From NCBI GenBank assembly GCA_050012475.1, contig JBEKHC010000042.1, forward strand, positions 1-39,089: a DNA stretch of 39,089 nucleotides. The letters run 5' to 3'. This DNA is from Candidatus Velthaea sp. Lineage in GTDB: Bacteria > Vulcanimicrobiota > Vulcanimicrobiia > Vulcanimicrobiales > Vulcanimicrobiaceae. Position numbers and translations under genes: made by a program. Numbering within the stretch: position 1 is the first letter of the stretch; each line of letters starts with the position of its first letter. The notes below the pieces were generated by a model that was not told the DNA's origin, searched no databases, and worked only from the letters and a program-made list of their open reading frames with translations. Positions 1 through 9,266 of this stretch are shown here, one piece after another.

Positions 1-220
1 GAATCGTCAGCTCCCGAGGCCGCCCCAAATGCTCGAAAGCGATCGTCATCGCTTGGGCCGCCGAAGCCACCGTCGTGTTGAATCCGACGTGCAGCGCGAC
101 GACGATCGCGATGAACACCGCCGCCGAACCGATGTCGGGCGAACGCGCAATCTGCCCCTTTTTGCGGGCGTCGGCCTTGCGTTTCTCGGTTGGTTTTTCG
201 GTTTGACCCGGCTTGGCCAT
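1..220 (-). CDS. flhB: Flagellar export protein FlhB, N-terminal part (runs off the window edge)
   Basis: Manual translation from ATG at 220: MAKPGQTEKPTEKRKADARKKGQIARSPDIGSAAVFIA..., the typical FlhB TEKPT..R..AR.KGQ.ARS start; directly downstream of fliR. Confidence 0.93.
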   Translation of the reverse strand, partial: MAKPGQTEKPTEKRKADARKKGQIARSPDIGSAAVFIAIVVALHVGFNTTVASAAQAMTIAFEHLGRPRELTI

Positions 221-226
221 CGGACC

Positions 227-1051
227 TTACGGCGTGGGCGCCGGCAATGGTCCGGGCGACGGCTGCATGTGGCGCAACACCGTGTCGAGCTGGCGCGGCG
301 TCTCGGCAAACACTTCGGGCAGCACGGCTCCGAGCAGCGGCATCGTAATGATGATCATCGACAGGCCGACGAGCATCTGCAAGGGCAGGCCGACCGAAAA
401 CACGTTCATCTGCGGCGCCACGCGCGACATGAGGCCAAGCGTGACGCTGGTGATGAACAGGACCATCGCAACCGGTCCGGCGATGCGCAGCACGATGAAC
501 AGCGCTTGGGAAAAGAACGTGACGACCGAGGGCGTGAGCATCGCGTCGATGCCGGCCCAGGGCAGCGGCAAGATCGTAAACGAGCCGGCGATGCCGGCCA
601 GCAACTGGTGATGCGAATCGGTCATCAGATAGATCAGCGTGGCCAGCGCGAGCTCGAATTCACCCAAGATCGTCACTTGCTGCGCGGTCGTCGGATTGAG
701 CACGCTCACCGCGCCGAAACCCACCTGGATGTCCATGATCGCACCGGCGAACTGGATGCCGGTGAACACCAGAAAAGCCACAAACCCGAAAACCAGGCCG
801 ATGAACGCCTGCGTGAGGATCGCCACCACGAACGGACCCAAGGCCAGCGGTTGCGCCAGCGTCGGCACGTTCTGCGCGATGACGAAGGTCAGCAGAAACC
901 CCAAGCCCAGCCGGACGGTGATCGGAATCTGCGTCCCGGAGAAAATCGGCACGAGCGCGAGCATGATCGTTATCCGGATTGCAACGAGCAGCAGCGTTTC
1001 GAACCGCGCTTCCGATAGACCGAAAAGATCGAAGGTCCCCGCGCCGCTCAT
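227..1051 (-). CDS. fliR: Flagellar export gate protein FliR
   Basis: Hydrophobic 274 aa with IQFAGAIMDIQVGFG and SRVAPQMNVFSVGLP motifs; fliP-Q-R-flhB order. Confidence 0.95.
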   Translation of the reverse strand: MSGAGTFDLFGLSEARFETLLLVAIRITIMLALVPIFSGTQIPITVRLGLGFLLTFVIAQNVPTLAQPLALGPFVVAILTQAFIGLVFGFVAFLVFTGIQFAGAIMDIQVGFGAVSVLNPTTAQQVTILGEFELALATLIYLMTDSHHQLLAGIAGSFTILPLPWAGIDAMLTPSVVTFFSQALFIVLRIAGPVAMVLFITSVTLGLMSRVAPQMNVFSVGLPLQMLVGLSMIIITMPLLGAVLPEVFAETPRQLDTVLRHMQPSPGPLPAPTP

Positions 1052-1061
1052 CGCGTTCGCC

Positions 1062-1331
1062 TTACCTGATCAGCTGCGGAATGCTGCTGAAGACCCGTGA
1101 AGTGAACCCGGTCAACATCGCGAGCATGAACGGGCCGAAAAACAAAATCGCCACCGCGGACACGAGAATTTTCGGGATAAAGGTCAAAGTCTGTTCTTGA
1201 ATCTGGGTAACGGCTTGGAAGATCGAAACCATCAAACCGGTGATCAGGCCCAAGAGCAACATCGGCGCAGCGACGACGAGCGCGGTAAAGATGGCTTCGC
1301 GTCCCAACGACAGTGCGAAGGCGTAGCTCAT
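1062..1331 (-). CDS. fliQ: Flagellar export gate protein FliQ
   Basis: 89 aa with GLMVSIFQAVTQIQEQTLTFIPK signature. Confidence 0.97.
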   Translation of the reverse strand: MSYAFALSLGREAIFTALVVAAPMLLLGLITGLMVSIFQAVTQIQEQTLTFIPKILVSAVAILFFGPFMLAMLTGFTSRVFSSIPQLIR

Positions 1332-1356
1332 GCGGCGGCCTTGGGCTGCGAGGCGC

Positions 1357-2136
1357 TCATTTGAAACTCATGAACAGCGCGTTGACCGTGAGATTCCACC
1401 CGTCGACGAGCAAGAAGATCAGAATCTTGAACGGCAGTGAGATGGTCACCGGCGGAATCATCATCATGCCCATCGAGAGCAGCACCGATGCGACGACCAT
1501 ATCGATGACGATGAACGGGATGTAGATCGCAAACCCGATCTCGAACGCCGTTTTGAGCTCGCTGATGACGAAGGCGGGCACGAGCAGATACGTCGGCACG
1601 TCGGCTTGTTTGGCCGGGCGCTGCTCCTTGGACAGCGTGTAAAACAGCGCGATGTCTTTCTCGCGCGTCTGCTTGAACATGAAGGTCCGCAGCGGCCCGG
1701 TGGCTTTCTCGAGCGCAACGGGCTGGGTGATCTTGTTTGCCAGATACGGCTGCAGGGCGGTCGTGTTGATCTCGTTGATCGTCGGGTTCATGATGAAGAA
1801 CGTCAGCAGCAAAGCCAAGCCGACCAGGACTTGGGTCGGCGGAACCTGCTGCGTCCCCAGCGCCGTGCGCACGAACGACAGCACGATGACGACGCGCGTG
1901 AACGACGTTACCAGCACCAGCAGCGTCGGGGCGACCGTCAACACGGTGAGCAGCAACAGGATCTGCAGCGACAGGGCAACGTCGGACGGTTTGGTCGTGG
2001 GCGACATGCCAAAGTCGATTTTCGGAATCGCGATCGTCGGCGCGACCGGGCCCGCCGCCAACGCCGCATGCGCCGCGACGAGGGTCGCGACGACGGCGAA
2101 GAGCACGGCGCAGGCAAGCGGAAGCGCGCGTCTCAT
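1357..2136 (-). CDS. fliP: Flagellar export gate protein FliP
   Basis: TSFTRVVIVLSFVRTALGTQQVPP, PAFVISELKTAF and SMGMMMIPP...LPFKILIFLLVDGW motifs; N-terminal signal-like segment. Confidence 0.97.
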   Translation of the reverse strand: MRRALPLACAVLFAVVATLVAAHAALAAGPVAPTIAIPKIDFGMSPTTKPSDVALSLQILLLLTVLTVAPTLLVLVTSFTRVVIVLSFVRTALGTQQVPPTQVLVGLALLLTFFIMNPTINEINTTALQPYLANKITQPVALEKATGPLRTFMFKQTREKDIALFYTLSKEQRPAKQADVPTYLLVPAFVISELKTAFEIGFAIYIPFIVIDMVVASVLLSMGMMMIPPVTISLPFKILIFLLVDGWNLTVNALFMSFK

Positions 2137-2486
2137 TGGGGTGCCCGCCAGCGGCTGACGAGCTTCACGACGGCGTCGCGCTGATCGCCCAGCGTCCGCT
2201 TCTGTTCGTCAAGCCAGTGTTGCGCGAGGTCGGCGGGAACGTCGTCGATCTTGGTGAGCCCGGCCGATCCGCCGCCCAAGAGGTAAAACCGGTCGCCGAC
2301 TTTGACCACGTGCAAGGTGACGTTCTGCGCAACCAGCGTCGACTCGACGACCGTGACGAGCTTGCGATTCGCGGAGACGATCAGCCGCCCGCGCGAAAGG
2401 GCGCGCACGACGTAGGTCAAGCCGACCAGTAAGATCGCAACGAGCCCGAACGCACAAACGACCCGCAGGAGAAACGCGATATCCAT
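2133..2486 (-). CDS. fliO: Flagellar biosynthesis protein FliO/FliZ
   Basis: N-terminal TM followed by VVES...LHVVKVGDRFYLLG; ATGA overlap with fliP. Confidence 0.85.
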   Translation of the reverse strand: MDIAFLLRVVCAFGLVAILLVGLTYVVRALSRGRLIVSANRKLVTVVESTLVAQNVTLHVVKVGDRFYLLGGGSAGLTKIDDVPADLAQHWLDEQKRTLGDQRDAVVKLVSRWRAPQ

Positions 2487-2555
2487 TTATCGTATTTATC
2501 GTTCGGCGGCATACCATGCCCCAAAGCGCGTCGACGCGGCGAAAGGCCGAATTCT

Positions 2556-3992
2556 TTACGAACGTCCGGCGCGTGCGAGCAGCATGCCGCGCACGGCCTG
2601 CTCGATCCGCTCGACGGCAGCGCGCCGGTACGGCTCGCGCTCCGCCGCCGCCGGCGGGACGATCATCGTCGCGTTGGCCTCGAAGACCACGACGCGGCCG
2701 CGCGCGTCAAGCGCGAAATCGATGCCTCCGTAGTCGAGCGCCAAGCGCCCGGCGATGGCATGCAGGGCGGTCATGGCAGCGGTCCCGAGTGCACCGGACA
2801 GATCGGCGAGAAACGCCGCTTCTTCCGCCCGGTACGCGGGCTGTTCGCCGGTGTCCGCCCGAAAATAGTGCACCATCCAGTGCTTGGCGATCGCGAGATG
2901 GAGCGGGAAGATCACCCCATCGACGATCATCACGCGATATTTCCGTACGTTGGCATCGCTCGGGCTGCGGACGTCGGCGAACGCAATGACCAGCGCGTCT
3001 TCACCCGGAAGTTCGGCGACGGCAGCTGCGAGCTCACTCGGCCGTTCCACCAAGTTGCAATGCAGGCCGGTCTGAAAGCCCGGCGCCCGCACGATGACCG
3101 GCCATTCGAACCCGGCGGCGGCCAAGGTTTCGGCCGCGCGCGGATCGCGCAGTTGCGCACGCGAAAAAGTAACGGTTCGCGACGCGACGACGCCGGGCAC
3201 TCCCGCGAGCGCCGAGGCCGTTGCCTCCCTGGCCGTTGCGGCTACGGTCGCCGGCGCATTCACGACCGGCGCGCTCGTCGCCCGAAGAAAGCAGGCCGCC
3301 GCGCGGAGAGCGTCGCGGCAGCGGCTCGCATCACCGATCGCGTTGATCACGAAGGCGTGCGGCGGCAGCGCCGCGGTGAAAAACTCCGCCACGATGGTCG
3401 ACTTCGCGAAGGTCTGGTCATCGATGAAGCGGTCGATCGGGACGTTTCCGCCGCGCGCCGAGTGAACGACGAGCACGTCGATCGGCTCGCCCGCGCCACG
3501 GAAGGGCCACGTTGAAGCGCCGGCGCGAAAACCGATCTCGCCGTGCGCCGCTGCGGCGCGCTCGTCGCCTAGCCGCAGCAGCAGAATCGCCAAGCACTGA
3601 TGCGCGACGACGTTGGCCGGATCGAGGGTCAGAACGATCTCGTAGTGCCGGCGTGCCGCTTCGATCTCGCCCGCGTCGAGCAGTACGGTGCCCAGATTGC
3701 CATGACCGGCCGGGTCGTCGGGGTGCAGCGCCACCACGCGCTCGTACACCGTGCGCGCCGCCGTGTGAAAACCCGTGCGGTCGAGCAGCTGTCCCAACGC
3801 GTTGAGCGCGCCGGCGTGGCCCGGATCGCGCGTCAACACCGCGAGATAGGCAGCGCGAGCCGCTTCGGTTCGCCCGAGCTGATCCAACAACTGCGCGCGC
3901 TCGAACGCCGGCGCGATTGGGTCGACTCCGGCGGCGAGCAATGCCTCTACCACGGCCAAGCGCGCTTCACGCAGCGCGCGGGTCGGGATCAC
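2556..3992 (-). CDS. TPR-repeat protein with C-terminal ATP-grasp (RimK/GshB-like) domain
   Basis: Likely GTG start 1 nt after the fliY/N stop (the ORF-track start at 4088 overlaps fliY/N). N-terminal TPRs (ALNALGQLL..., GHGNLGTVLLDAG); C-terminal WPVIVRAPG, RKYRVMIVDG and LDYGGIDF...VFEANA resemble ATP-grasp motifs. Confidence 0.75.
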   Translation of the reverse strand: MIPTRALREARLAVVEALLAAGVDPIAPAFERAQLLDQLGRTEAARAAYLAVLTRDPGHAGALNALGQLLDRTGFHTAARTVYERVVALHPDDPAGHGNLGTVLLDAGEIEAARRHYEIVLTLDPANVVAHQCLAILLLRLGDERAAAAHGEIGFRAGASTWPFRGAGEPIDVLVVHSARGGNVPIDRFIDDQTFAKSTIVAEFFTAALPPHAFVINAIGDASRCRDALRAAACFLRATSAPVVNAPATVAATAREATASALAGVPGVVASRTVTFSRAQLRDPRAAETLAAAGFEWPVIVRAPGFQTGLHCNLVERPSELAAAVAELPGEDALVIAFADVRSPSDANVRKYRVMIVDGVIFPLHLAIAKHWMVHYFRADTGEQPAYRAEEAAFLADLSGALGTAAMTALHAIAGRLALDYGGIDFALDARGRVVVFEANATMIVPPAAAEREPYRRAAVERIEQAVRGMLLARAGRS

Positions 3993-3993
3993 T

Positions 3994-4869
3994 TCAGACC
4001 TTGTCGATCGCCGGGTTGAGCTCGCTGATTTTGATCGCGAACTTATCATCGACCACGACGACTTCACCGCGCGCGATGAGGATATCATTGACGTAGAGGT
4101 CGATCGGATCGCTGGACAGCTTGTCTAATTCGAGCACGCTGCCGCTTTGCAGCGCGACGACATCGCGCAGCGACATCGCGGTTTGGCCCAGCACGGCGGA
4201 AATTTCGAGCGGGATGTCGTGCACGAGATCCAGGTTTGCTTTGCCCGGCGGCGCTGCGCGAATCGGCGTGGGAGGCAGCGGCGCGAAAGCGACGGGCCGG
4301 CTCTGCGGAGCGGGAGCCGCGGCTCGTGCCGCGGGCGGGGGCGGCGGGGGCGGGGGCGCCGGTTCGGGTTTCGGTTCGATCTTGCCCAGCGCCACGCCGT
4401 CGAAGTCGAGCGCCACGTCGATGCTGAACTCACCGGCCACGTCGAGGACCGCCCGATACGATGAAAACGGCGGGGCCGGAAATGCTCCGGCTTCGGTCGG
4501 AACCGTCGAGACGATATTTTCCGAGGCGACCTTGAGCTGCTGGGTCAGACGCTCGGCCATCGCGCTCGAAACCTGCGCAACGGTTTCGGTCACGATGGAA
4601 AGCTGCATCGCGTCCATCTCGCCCTCACCCGCGGGCGTGCCGAGCATCAACGCGACGACTTGCCCCAGCGCGGCTTTATCGTACTGGGTGACGAACGAGA
4701 ATCCAGCCGACGGTATCTCGGTGAGCGTTGCTACCGTTAGCGGGTCGACGCGAATCGAGTTGTCTTCCGAACGTCCCTCGCAAGGTGCGGCGGTTACCGC
4801 TCGATCGACGAGGGTGCCGAGCACGTCGGCAGCCGACGCGAACATGGCGTCGGCGCTGCTCTTCTCCAC
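3994..4869 (-). CDS. fliN: Flagellar motor switch protein FliN/FliY-like (degenerate CheC-like N-domain, Pro-rich linker, SpoA/FliN domain)
   Basis: C-terminal NLDLVHDIPLEISAVLG...GSVLELDKL...ARGEVVVVDDKFAIKI; follows fliM. Confidence 0.88.
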   Translation of the reverse strand: MEKSSADAMFASAADVLGTLVDRAVTAAPCEGRSEDNSIRVDPLTVATLTEIPSAGFSFVTQYDKAALGQVVALMLGTPAGEGEMDAMQLSIVTETVAQVSSAMAERLTQQLKVASENIVSTVPTEAGAFPAPPFSSYRAVLDVAGEFSIDVALDFDGVALGKIEPKPEPAPPPPPPPPAARAAAPAPQSRPVAFAPLPPTPIRAAPPGKANLDLVHDIPLEISAVLGQTAMSLRDVVALQSGSVLELDKLSSDPIDLYVNDILIARGEVVVVDDKFAIKISELNPAIDKV

Positions 4870-4872
4870 TGT

Positions 4873-5862
4873 TTATTCTTCCTCGTCCTTGATGATGTCG
4901 ACGACCTGCACGGTCAGCCGGTCGCGGTTCGTTCCCGCATAGACCTTGAATTTTTCATGATCGTTCACGCGCGCGGTCAGCGGCTCCGAGGTGAGCTTGT
5001 CGAACAGCACGACGTCACCGATCTGCAGTGAGATGAGATCGCGCAGCGAGACCACCGTTCGGCCGAGTTCGACCTCGAATTCCACCTCGGCGCGTTCCAC
5101 GTTGCGGACCAGCTGCGCGATGTCGTCCTCGGTCATCCCGCGGCCCGAAACCACGGAGGGCGACCATTGAAAATCGGTCAATTGCGGGCCGATCGACTGC
5201 AAGACCAGATACGGCAAGCAGAAGTTCATAAGGCCTGTCTTGTCGCCGATCTTGAGTTCGCAGGTGACGAAGGCGACGATCTGATCGAGCGGAATGATGC
5301 GCGGGATGAATTGCGGATTGGAGTCGAGCGCTTCGATCTTGAGCGACAACGTCAGCAGATAATTCCACGATTCCCGATAGCTGTTGAGCATCCGCGCCAT
5401 GAACCGCTGCATGAGCGTGCGCTCGATGTCGGTCAGGTCGCGCAGTTTGGGCGGGAACCAGCCTGGCCCGCCAAGCAGCCGGTCGATGATCGAGAAGGCG
5501 AGGTTGAGATCGAGCTGGACGATCCCCGAGCCGGGCAGCGGATCCATCGAGTAGATCGAGAGGATCGACGGCGTCCCGATCGAGGCGACGAAATCGCCGT
5601 AGTTGATCTGTTCGATCGAAACGATCGTCGCATCGACGCGCGTGCGCAGGTACACCGAGAGCGCGTTGTTGAGCAGGCGGGTGAAATTGTCGTGCAGCGT
5701 GCGCAGCGTCTGCAGCTGATTGTTCGAAAATTTATCGGTCCGTTTGTTGAACCGAAAGTCGAACGGCTTGATCTTGCGCCCTTCGAGCGCAGCGAGCTGC
5801 GCATTGGGCGTCGACAGATTGTTGACGAGCGCATCGATCTCTTCTTGCGACAGCATCGACAT
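4873..5862 (-). CDS. fliM: Flagellar motor switch protein FliM
   Basis: N-terminal LSQEEIDAL CheY-binding peptide, DRLLGGPG motif, C-terminal SpoA domain. Confidence 0.97.
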   Translation of the reverse strand: MSMLSQEEIDALVNNLSTPNAQLAALEGRKIKPFDFRFNKRTDKFSNNQLQTLRTLHDNFTRLLNNALSVYLRTRVDATIVSIEQINYGDFVASIGTPSILSIYSMDPLPGSGIVQLDLNLAFSIIDRLLGGPGWFPPKLRDLTDIERTLMQRFMARMLNSYRESWNYLLTLSLKIEALDSNPQFIPRIIPLDQIVAFVTCELKIGDKTGLMNFCLPYLVLQSIGPQLTDFQWSPSVVSGRGMTEDDIAQLVRNVERAEVEFEVELGRTVVSLRDLISLQIGDVVLFDKLTSEPLTARVNDHEKFKVYAGTNRDRLTVQVVDIIKDEEE

Positions 5863-6623
5863 CAGGGCTGAACCGCCTCATCGGCTTTCGTCGTCGCCGC
5901 GTTGAGGATCACGATGTCGACGCGCCGGTTGAAGCGCCGCTGCGACGGCACCGCGTTGTCAGCCCGCGGCCGATACTCGCCATAACCGGCCAGCGATACG
6001 CGCAAGGGCGAGAGGTGCCTTTGCTCGACCAAGTAGCGGGTTACGCCGGTTGCCCGGGCAGCCGAGAGTTCCCAGTTCGTCGGGTACTCCGGCGTTTCGA
6101 TCGGCACGTTGTCGGTGTTCCCCTCGACGCGCAGGTGGCTGCGCGTGGTGCTGAACAGCGCATCGATCTCGTCGAGGAGGCGTTTGGTTTGCGACGGCAG
6201 ATCGGCGCTGCCACTCGCATACAACGATCGATCGGCCAACAGCGAGATGACCAGGCCGCGACGGTCGATGCGGGTCGTCACCTCCGACTCTAAAGAATTC
6301 ATCCAAATGTACGTCTGCAACTGCGCATCGATCCGGTTCAAGTCCGTGTCCTTGTCGACGTTTCCGCTTTGGACGCCGGTCGAGCCGCCGTTGGGCGGAT
6401 TGTTGAGCGCGTCGTCGGCGTTGAATCCGCCCGAGATCTCGTGGGCCAGGCGCTGCAGCTTGACGCGATCGATGGTCGAGATCGAAAATAAAATGACGAA
6501 CAGCGCGAGCAGCAGCGTGATCATATCTGCGTACGTCAACAGCCAGCGCATCATGCCCGCGCTTTCGGGGTGTTCTTCGCCGCCGCCGGATCGCAACCGG
6601 CTCACGCTGCGGCAACCGATCAT
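5862..6623 (-). CDS. motB: Flagellar stator protein MotB
   Basis: RWLLTYADMITLLLALFVILFS (conserved Asp); OmpA-like VEGNTDNVPI..NWELSAARA..NRRVDIVI. Start uncertain (6605, 6623 or 6632); the ORF-track start at 6719 overlaps motA. Confidence 0.93.
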   Translation of the reverse strand: MIGCRSVSRLRSGGGEEHPESAGMMRWLLTYADMITLLLALFVILFSISTIDRVKLQRLAHEISGGFNADDALNNPPNGGSTGVQSGNVDKDTDLNRIDAQLQTYIWMNSLESEVTTRIDRRGLVISLLADRSLYASGSADLPSQTKRLLDEIDALFSTTRSHLRVEGNTDNVPIETPEYPTNWELSAARATGVTRYLVEQRHLSPLRVSLAGYGEYRPRADNAVPSQRRFNRRVDIVILNAATTKADEAVQP

Positions 6624-6636
6624 CGTCTTCACCGCT

Positions 6637-7476
6637 TCACACGCCCGCCAGGCTTGGTCGAGGCAACGTTCCGCCGCTAATCTCGTCGGCATCTTGATCG
6701 CTTGGATCGAGGAACGCATTGAGTTTCTCTTCGAGCAGGCTCGGATTGTCCCCGGCCTGGATCGAGAGAATGCCTTCGATCATGATCTCGCGCAAGAGCA
6801 ACAGCTGCTTGTTCCGCTCTTTGATCCGAGAGGCCATCGGCAACCAGAGCAAGTTCGCCAGCAAGATGCCGAAGAACGTCGCGACGAATGCTTGCGCGGT
6901 TGCGGTGCCGATCGACGCCGTGAAACCCGCCGTGGTCGCGGCGCTCGTGCTGCCCAGATCGCGCAGCATCGTAATGAGTCCGAGAACGGTGCCGATGATC
7001 CCCAGTGTCGGCGAATATCCGCCCAAGGTCATGAAGATCGCTTCGGCTTTCGCGCCGCGGTCTTGCACGAAGAGCGCCTCGGTCTCCAAGATCTTGCGCA
7101 CCACATCGGTGTCGCGGCCGTCGATGACGAGCTGCAGGCCGCGGCGCAGAAACGGATCCTCGAGCAGCGAAACCTCCGGTTCCAGCGACAGCAGGCCGCG
7201 CCGGCGTGCCGTATCGGCAAAGCGAACCAAGGCAGCGATGACGTCGCGTTCGTGATAGTTGGCCTCGGAAAAAACGGCCCGCAGGCCGCTTTTCATCCCA
7301 CGCGTGAAGATCTTGAAGGGAAATGAGACCAGCGTCGCGCCGATCGTCCCCCCGATGACGAGCAGAAATGCTTCGTAGCGCTGGTACAGGATGCTCAGAT
7401 CGACGCCGCCGATCGCGGCCGAGAGCGCGACGGCGCCGAAGGCCACCAAGATCCCAACTACCGTCGCAACATCCAA
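6637..7476 (-). CDS. motA: Flagellar stator protein MotA
   Basis: ARRRGLLSLE, PTLGIIGTVLGLI, ATFFGILLAN and EGILSIQAGDNP motifs; TTG start. Confidence 0.96.
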   Translation of the reverse strand: MDVATVVGILVAFGAVALSAAIGGVDLSILYQRYEAFLLVIGGTIGATLVSFPFKIFTRGMKSGLRAVFSEANYHERDVIAALVRFADTARRRGLLSLEPEVSLLEDPFLRRGLQLVIDGRDTDVVRKILETEALFVQDRGAKAEAIFMTLGGYSPTLGIIGTVLGLITMLRDLGSTSAATTAGFTASIGTATAQAFVATFFGILLANLLWLPMASRIKERNKQLLLLREIMIEGILSIQAGDNPSLLEEKLNAFLDPSDQDADEISGGTLPRPSLAGV

Positions 7477-7499
7477 CCTCGTCGACCTTTCTCTAAATA

Positions 7500-7527
7500 C
7501 TATCGGCGAACGGAGGGTCGGATGTTA
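7500..7527 (-). promoter_or_regulatory. Sigma-28 (FliA/SigD)-type promoter upstream of motA
   Basis: Minus strand TAAC-N16-GCCGATAG versus consensus TAAA-N15/16-GCCGATAA. Confidence 0.7.
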
Positions 7528-7716
7528 TACCGCGTGGGCGTGAATCTGGCGCTTGTACTCGATGATCTTGGCTTGGATCTCTTCGGGCCGGTCGCGGACG
7601 ATGAGTTTGTTGCCCGAGGTCAAGGTAACGACCGTATCGGGGGTCGATTCGAGCGTCTCGATCAGATCGGCATTGACCATGATCGGTTGGTTGTTGAGGC
7701 GATTGAGTGCGATCAT
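7525..7716 (-). CDS. flbD: Flagellar protein FlbD/SwrD family
   Basis: 63 aa MIALNRLNNQPIMVNADLIETLESTPDTVVTLTSGNKLIV...; ATGA overlap with the GT2 gene; it is the C-terminal part of ORF-track 7525..8406. Confidence 0.93.
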   Translation of the reverse strand: MIALNRLNNQPIMVNADLIETLESTPDTVVTLTSGNKLIVRDRPEEIQAKIIEYKRQIHAHAV

Positions 7717-9215
7717 GCCGGACACACGTACGCGATTCGCAGTGGGATGGCCCGCGTCACGGGCGGGGCCGGGAGCAGCGCGCCCAGTTCGGGCATCGCC
7801 AAGTGTTGCGCGAGCGCCGCGATCGTCGCCGCCGGCTCGCCGTCCGATTCCAGGGCCCGGCCGACTGCCTCGGCCGCACGTTCGGGCGATCCATTGCGCA
7901 GGTGCACGGCGGCGGCTGTTCCGAGCAGCAGCGGCTGCGCACGCTCGCCGACAAACCCCAGCGCGGCATCCAATGCCGCCAGCGCCTCGGCCGTCTGCCC
8001 GCAGCGAAGCAAAAAGTTTACCCATTCGATCGTCGACGATTCGTCGTGATAGCCGCGGAACGCCGCCTCGAACAATTGCCGCGCAGCAGCCAGGTCGGCC
8101 AGCGCCTCGTGACATTTTGCTCGATTGATGACCAGGGGTTGGGCTGCCGGCCGGGCTTGCGCGGCAAGCTCGAACCAGGCCAGTGCTTCGGCGTAGCGGT
8201 GTTCGCGCATCAGCGTGGCGCCGATTTCGCTGTGCGCTTTCCAGATCGCGATCTCGTCGTCGACGACGAACTGTTCGCGATCGTGGGCGCCCGCGGCGAT
8301 GGCACGGGCGAACGCGTTGCGCGCTTCGTACAAGTCGCCGCTGCGCGCCAGCAACTTCCCGTGGCTGAAATGCGCGTTGGAATAGTTCGGAACGAGTGCG
8401 ATGCACTCGCGCACCAGGCGCAGCGCCGCCGGCAGATCGGAGCGGTGTTCGGCGTAGAGGTCGGCGAGGGTCACGAGCGCGTGAATTCGATAGCCGCGCG
8501 GCGACGAGCGCGTGAGTTCGAGCATGCGTCCGAGCGCAGCGATTGCAGCGTCGCGTTCGCCGCTCAAGATCAAGGCCATGCCGAGATTGTAGTGATGGAA
8601 CGCATCGCCGGGCTCGCGTTCGGCGGCCAGCCGGCTCAAGCGCAAGTTGCGTTCACTCTTGTTGCGGCCGATGACGACCCCGCTCAAGTAGCCGTGGTGG
8701 ACGATCTCGACGGTGGTGCGATCGGCGGGCAGACCGCCGTCAAAGCCGTCGCAAGCGACGAACTCATGAATCGGGTTCCGATAGCGGATGCGCGGATCGT
8801 TGGGAAAGATCCGCACCAGCGCGTTGGTCATCGCCCCCGAACCTTTGCAATCGTCGGTCAGGTTGCGGCAGGTGAGCCACTTGCCCCGGTGCCCGGCGGG
8901 CAGCGCGCCGATGGCGCGCAACGCGTCGTGCGAAGCGGGATCGAGCCGTTCGTCGGCATCGAGCACGAAGATCCAGCGCCGCGTCGCCATCGCGAGCGCA
9001 GCATTGCGGGCTTGGGCGAAATCGTCGTTCCACGCCACGTCGACGACGCGCGCCCCGTGCGCGCGCGCGATCTCAACCGTGCGGTCGGTCGACCCCGTGT
9101 CGACGATGCACAACTCGTCGACGACGCCGGCGACGCTGCGCAGCGCATCGGCGAGGAACGCTTCCTCGTTCTTGACGATCATGCACAGGGAGATGCCGGC
9201 CGGTAATGTGCTCAA
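7713..9215 (-). CDS. GT2 glycosyltransferase with C-terminal TPR repeats (candidate flagellin glycosyltransferase)
   Basis: ISLCMIVKNEE...IVDTGSTDRT...WNDDFAQARNAAL...VLDADE GT-A motifs, then TPRs (FHHYNLGMAL, AHFSHGKLL). Confidence 0.9.
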   Translation of the reverse strand: MSTLPAGISLCMIVKNEEAFLADALRSVAGVVDELCIVDTGSTDRTVEIARAHGARVVDVAWNDDFAQARNAALAMATRRWIFVLDADERLDPASHDALRAIGALPAGHRGKWLTCRNLTDDCKGSGAMTNALVRIFPNDPRIRYRNPIHEFVACDGFDGGLPADRTTVEIVHHGYLSGVVIGRNKSERNLRLSRLAAEREPGDAFHHYNLGMALILSGERDAAIAALGRMLELTRSSPRGYRIHALVTLADLYAEHRSDLPAALRLVRECIALVPNYSNAHFSHGKLLARSGDLYEARNAFARAIAAGAHDREQFVVDDEIAIWKAHSEIGATLMREHRYAEALAWFELAAQARPAAQPLVINRAKCHEALADLAAARQLFEAAFRGYHDESSTIEWVNFLLRCGQTAEALAALDAALGFVGERAQPLLLGTAAAVHLRNGSPERAAEAVGRALESDGEPAATIAALAQHLAMPELGALLPAPPVTRAIPLRIAYVCPA

Positions 9216-9227
9216 GCTATACCTGTC

Positions 9228-9261
9228 AAAACATCGGGAGCCGGCAAGCCGGCTCCCGATG
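9228..9261 (-). terminator. Intrinsic terminator after flgE
   Basis: Perfect inverted repeat CATCGGGAGCCGG-CTTG-CCGGCTCCCGATG followed by TTTT on the minus strand, just after the flgE stop. Confidence 0.75.
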
Positions 9262-9266
9262 CGGAT

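Noticed and set aside
7525..8406. 293-aa ORF as a long FlbD fusion
   Set aside because: The upstream part overlaps the GT2 gene in another frame; only the last 63 aa are FlbD, starting at the ATGA junction.
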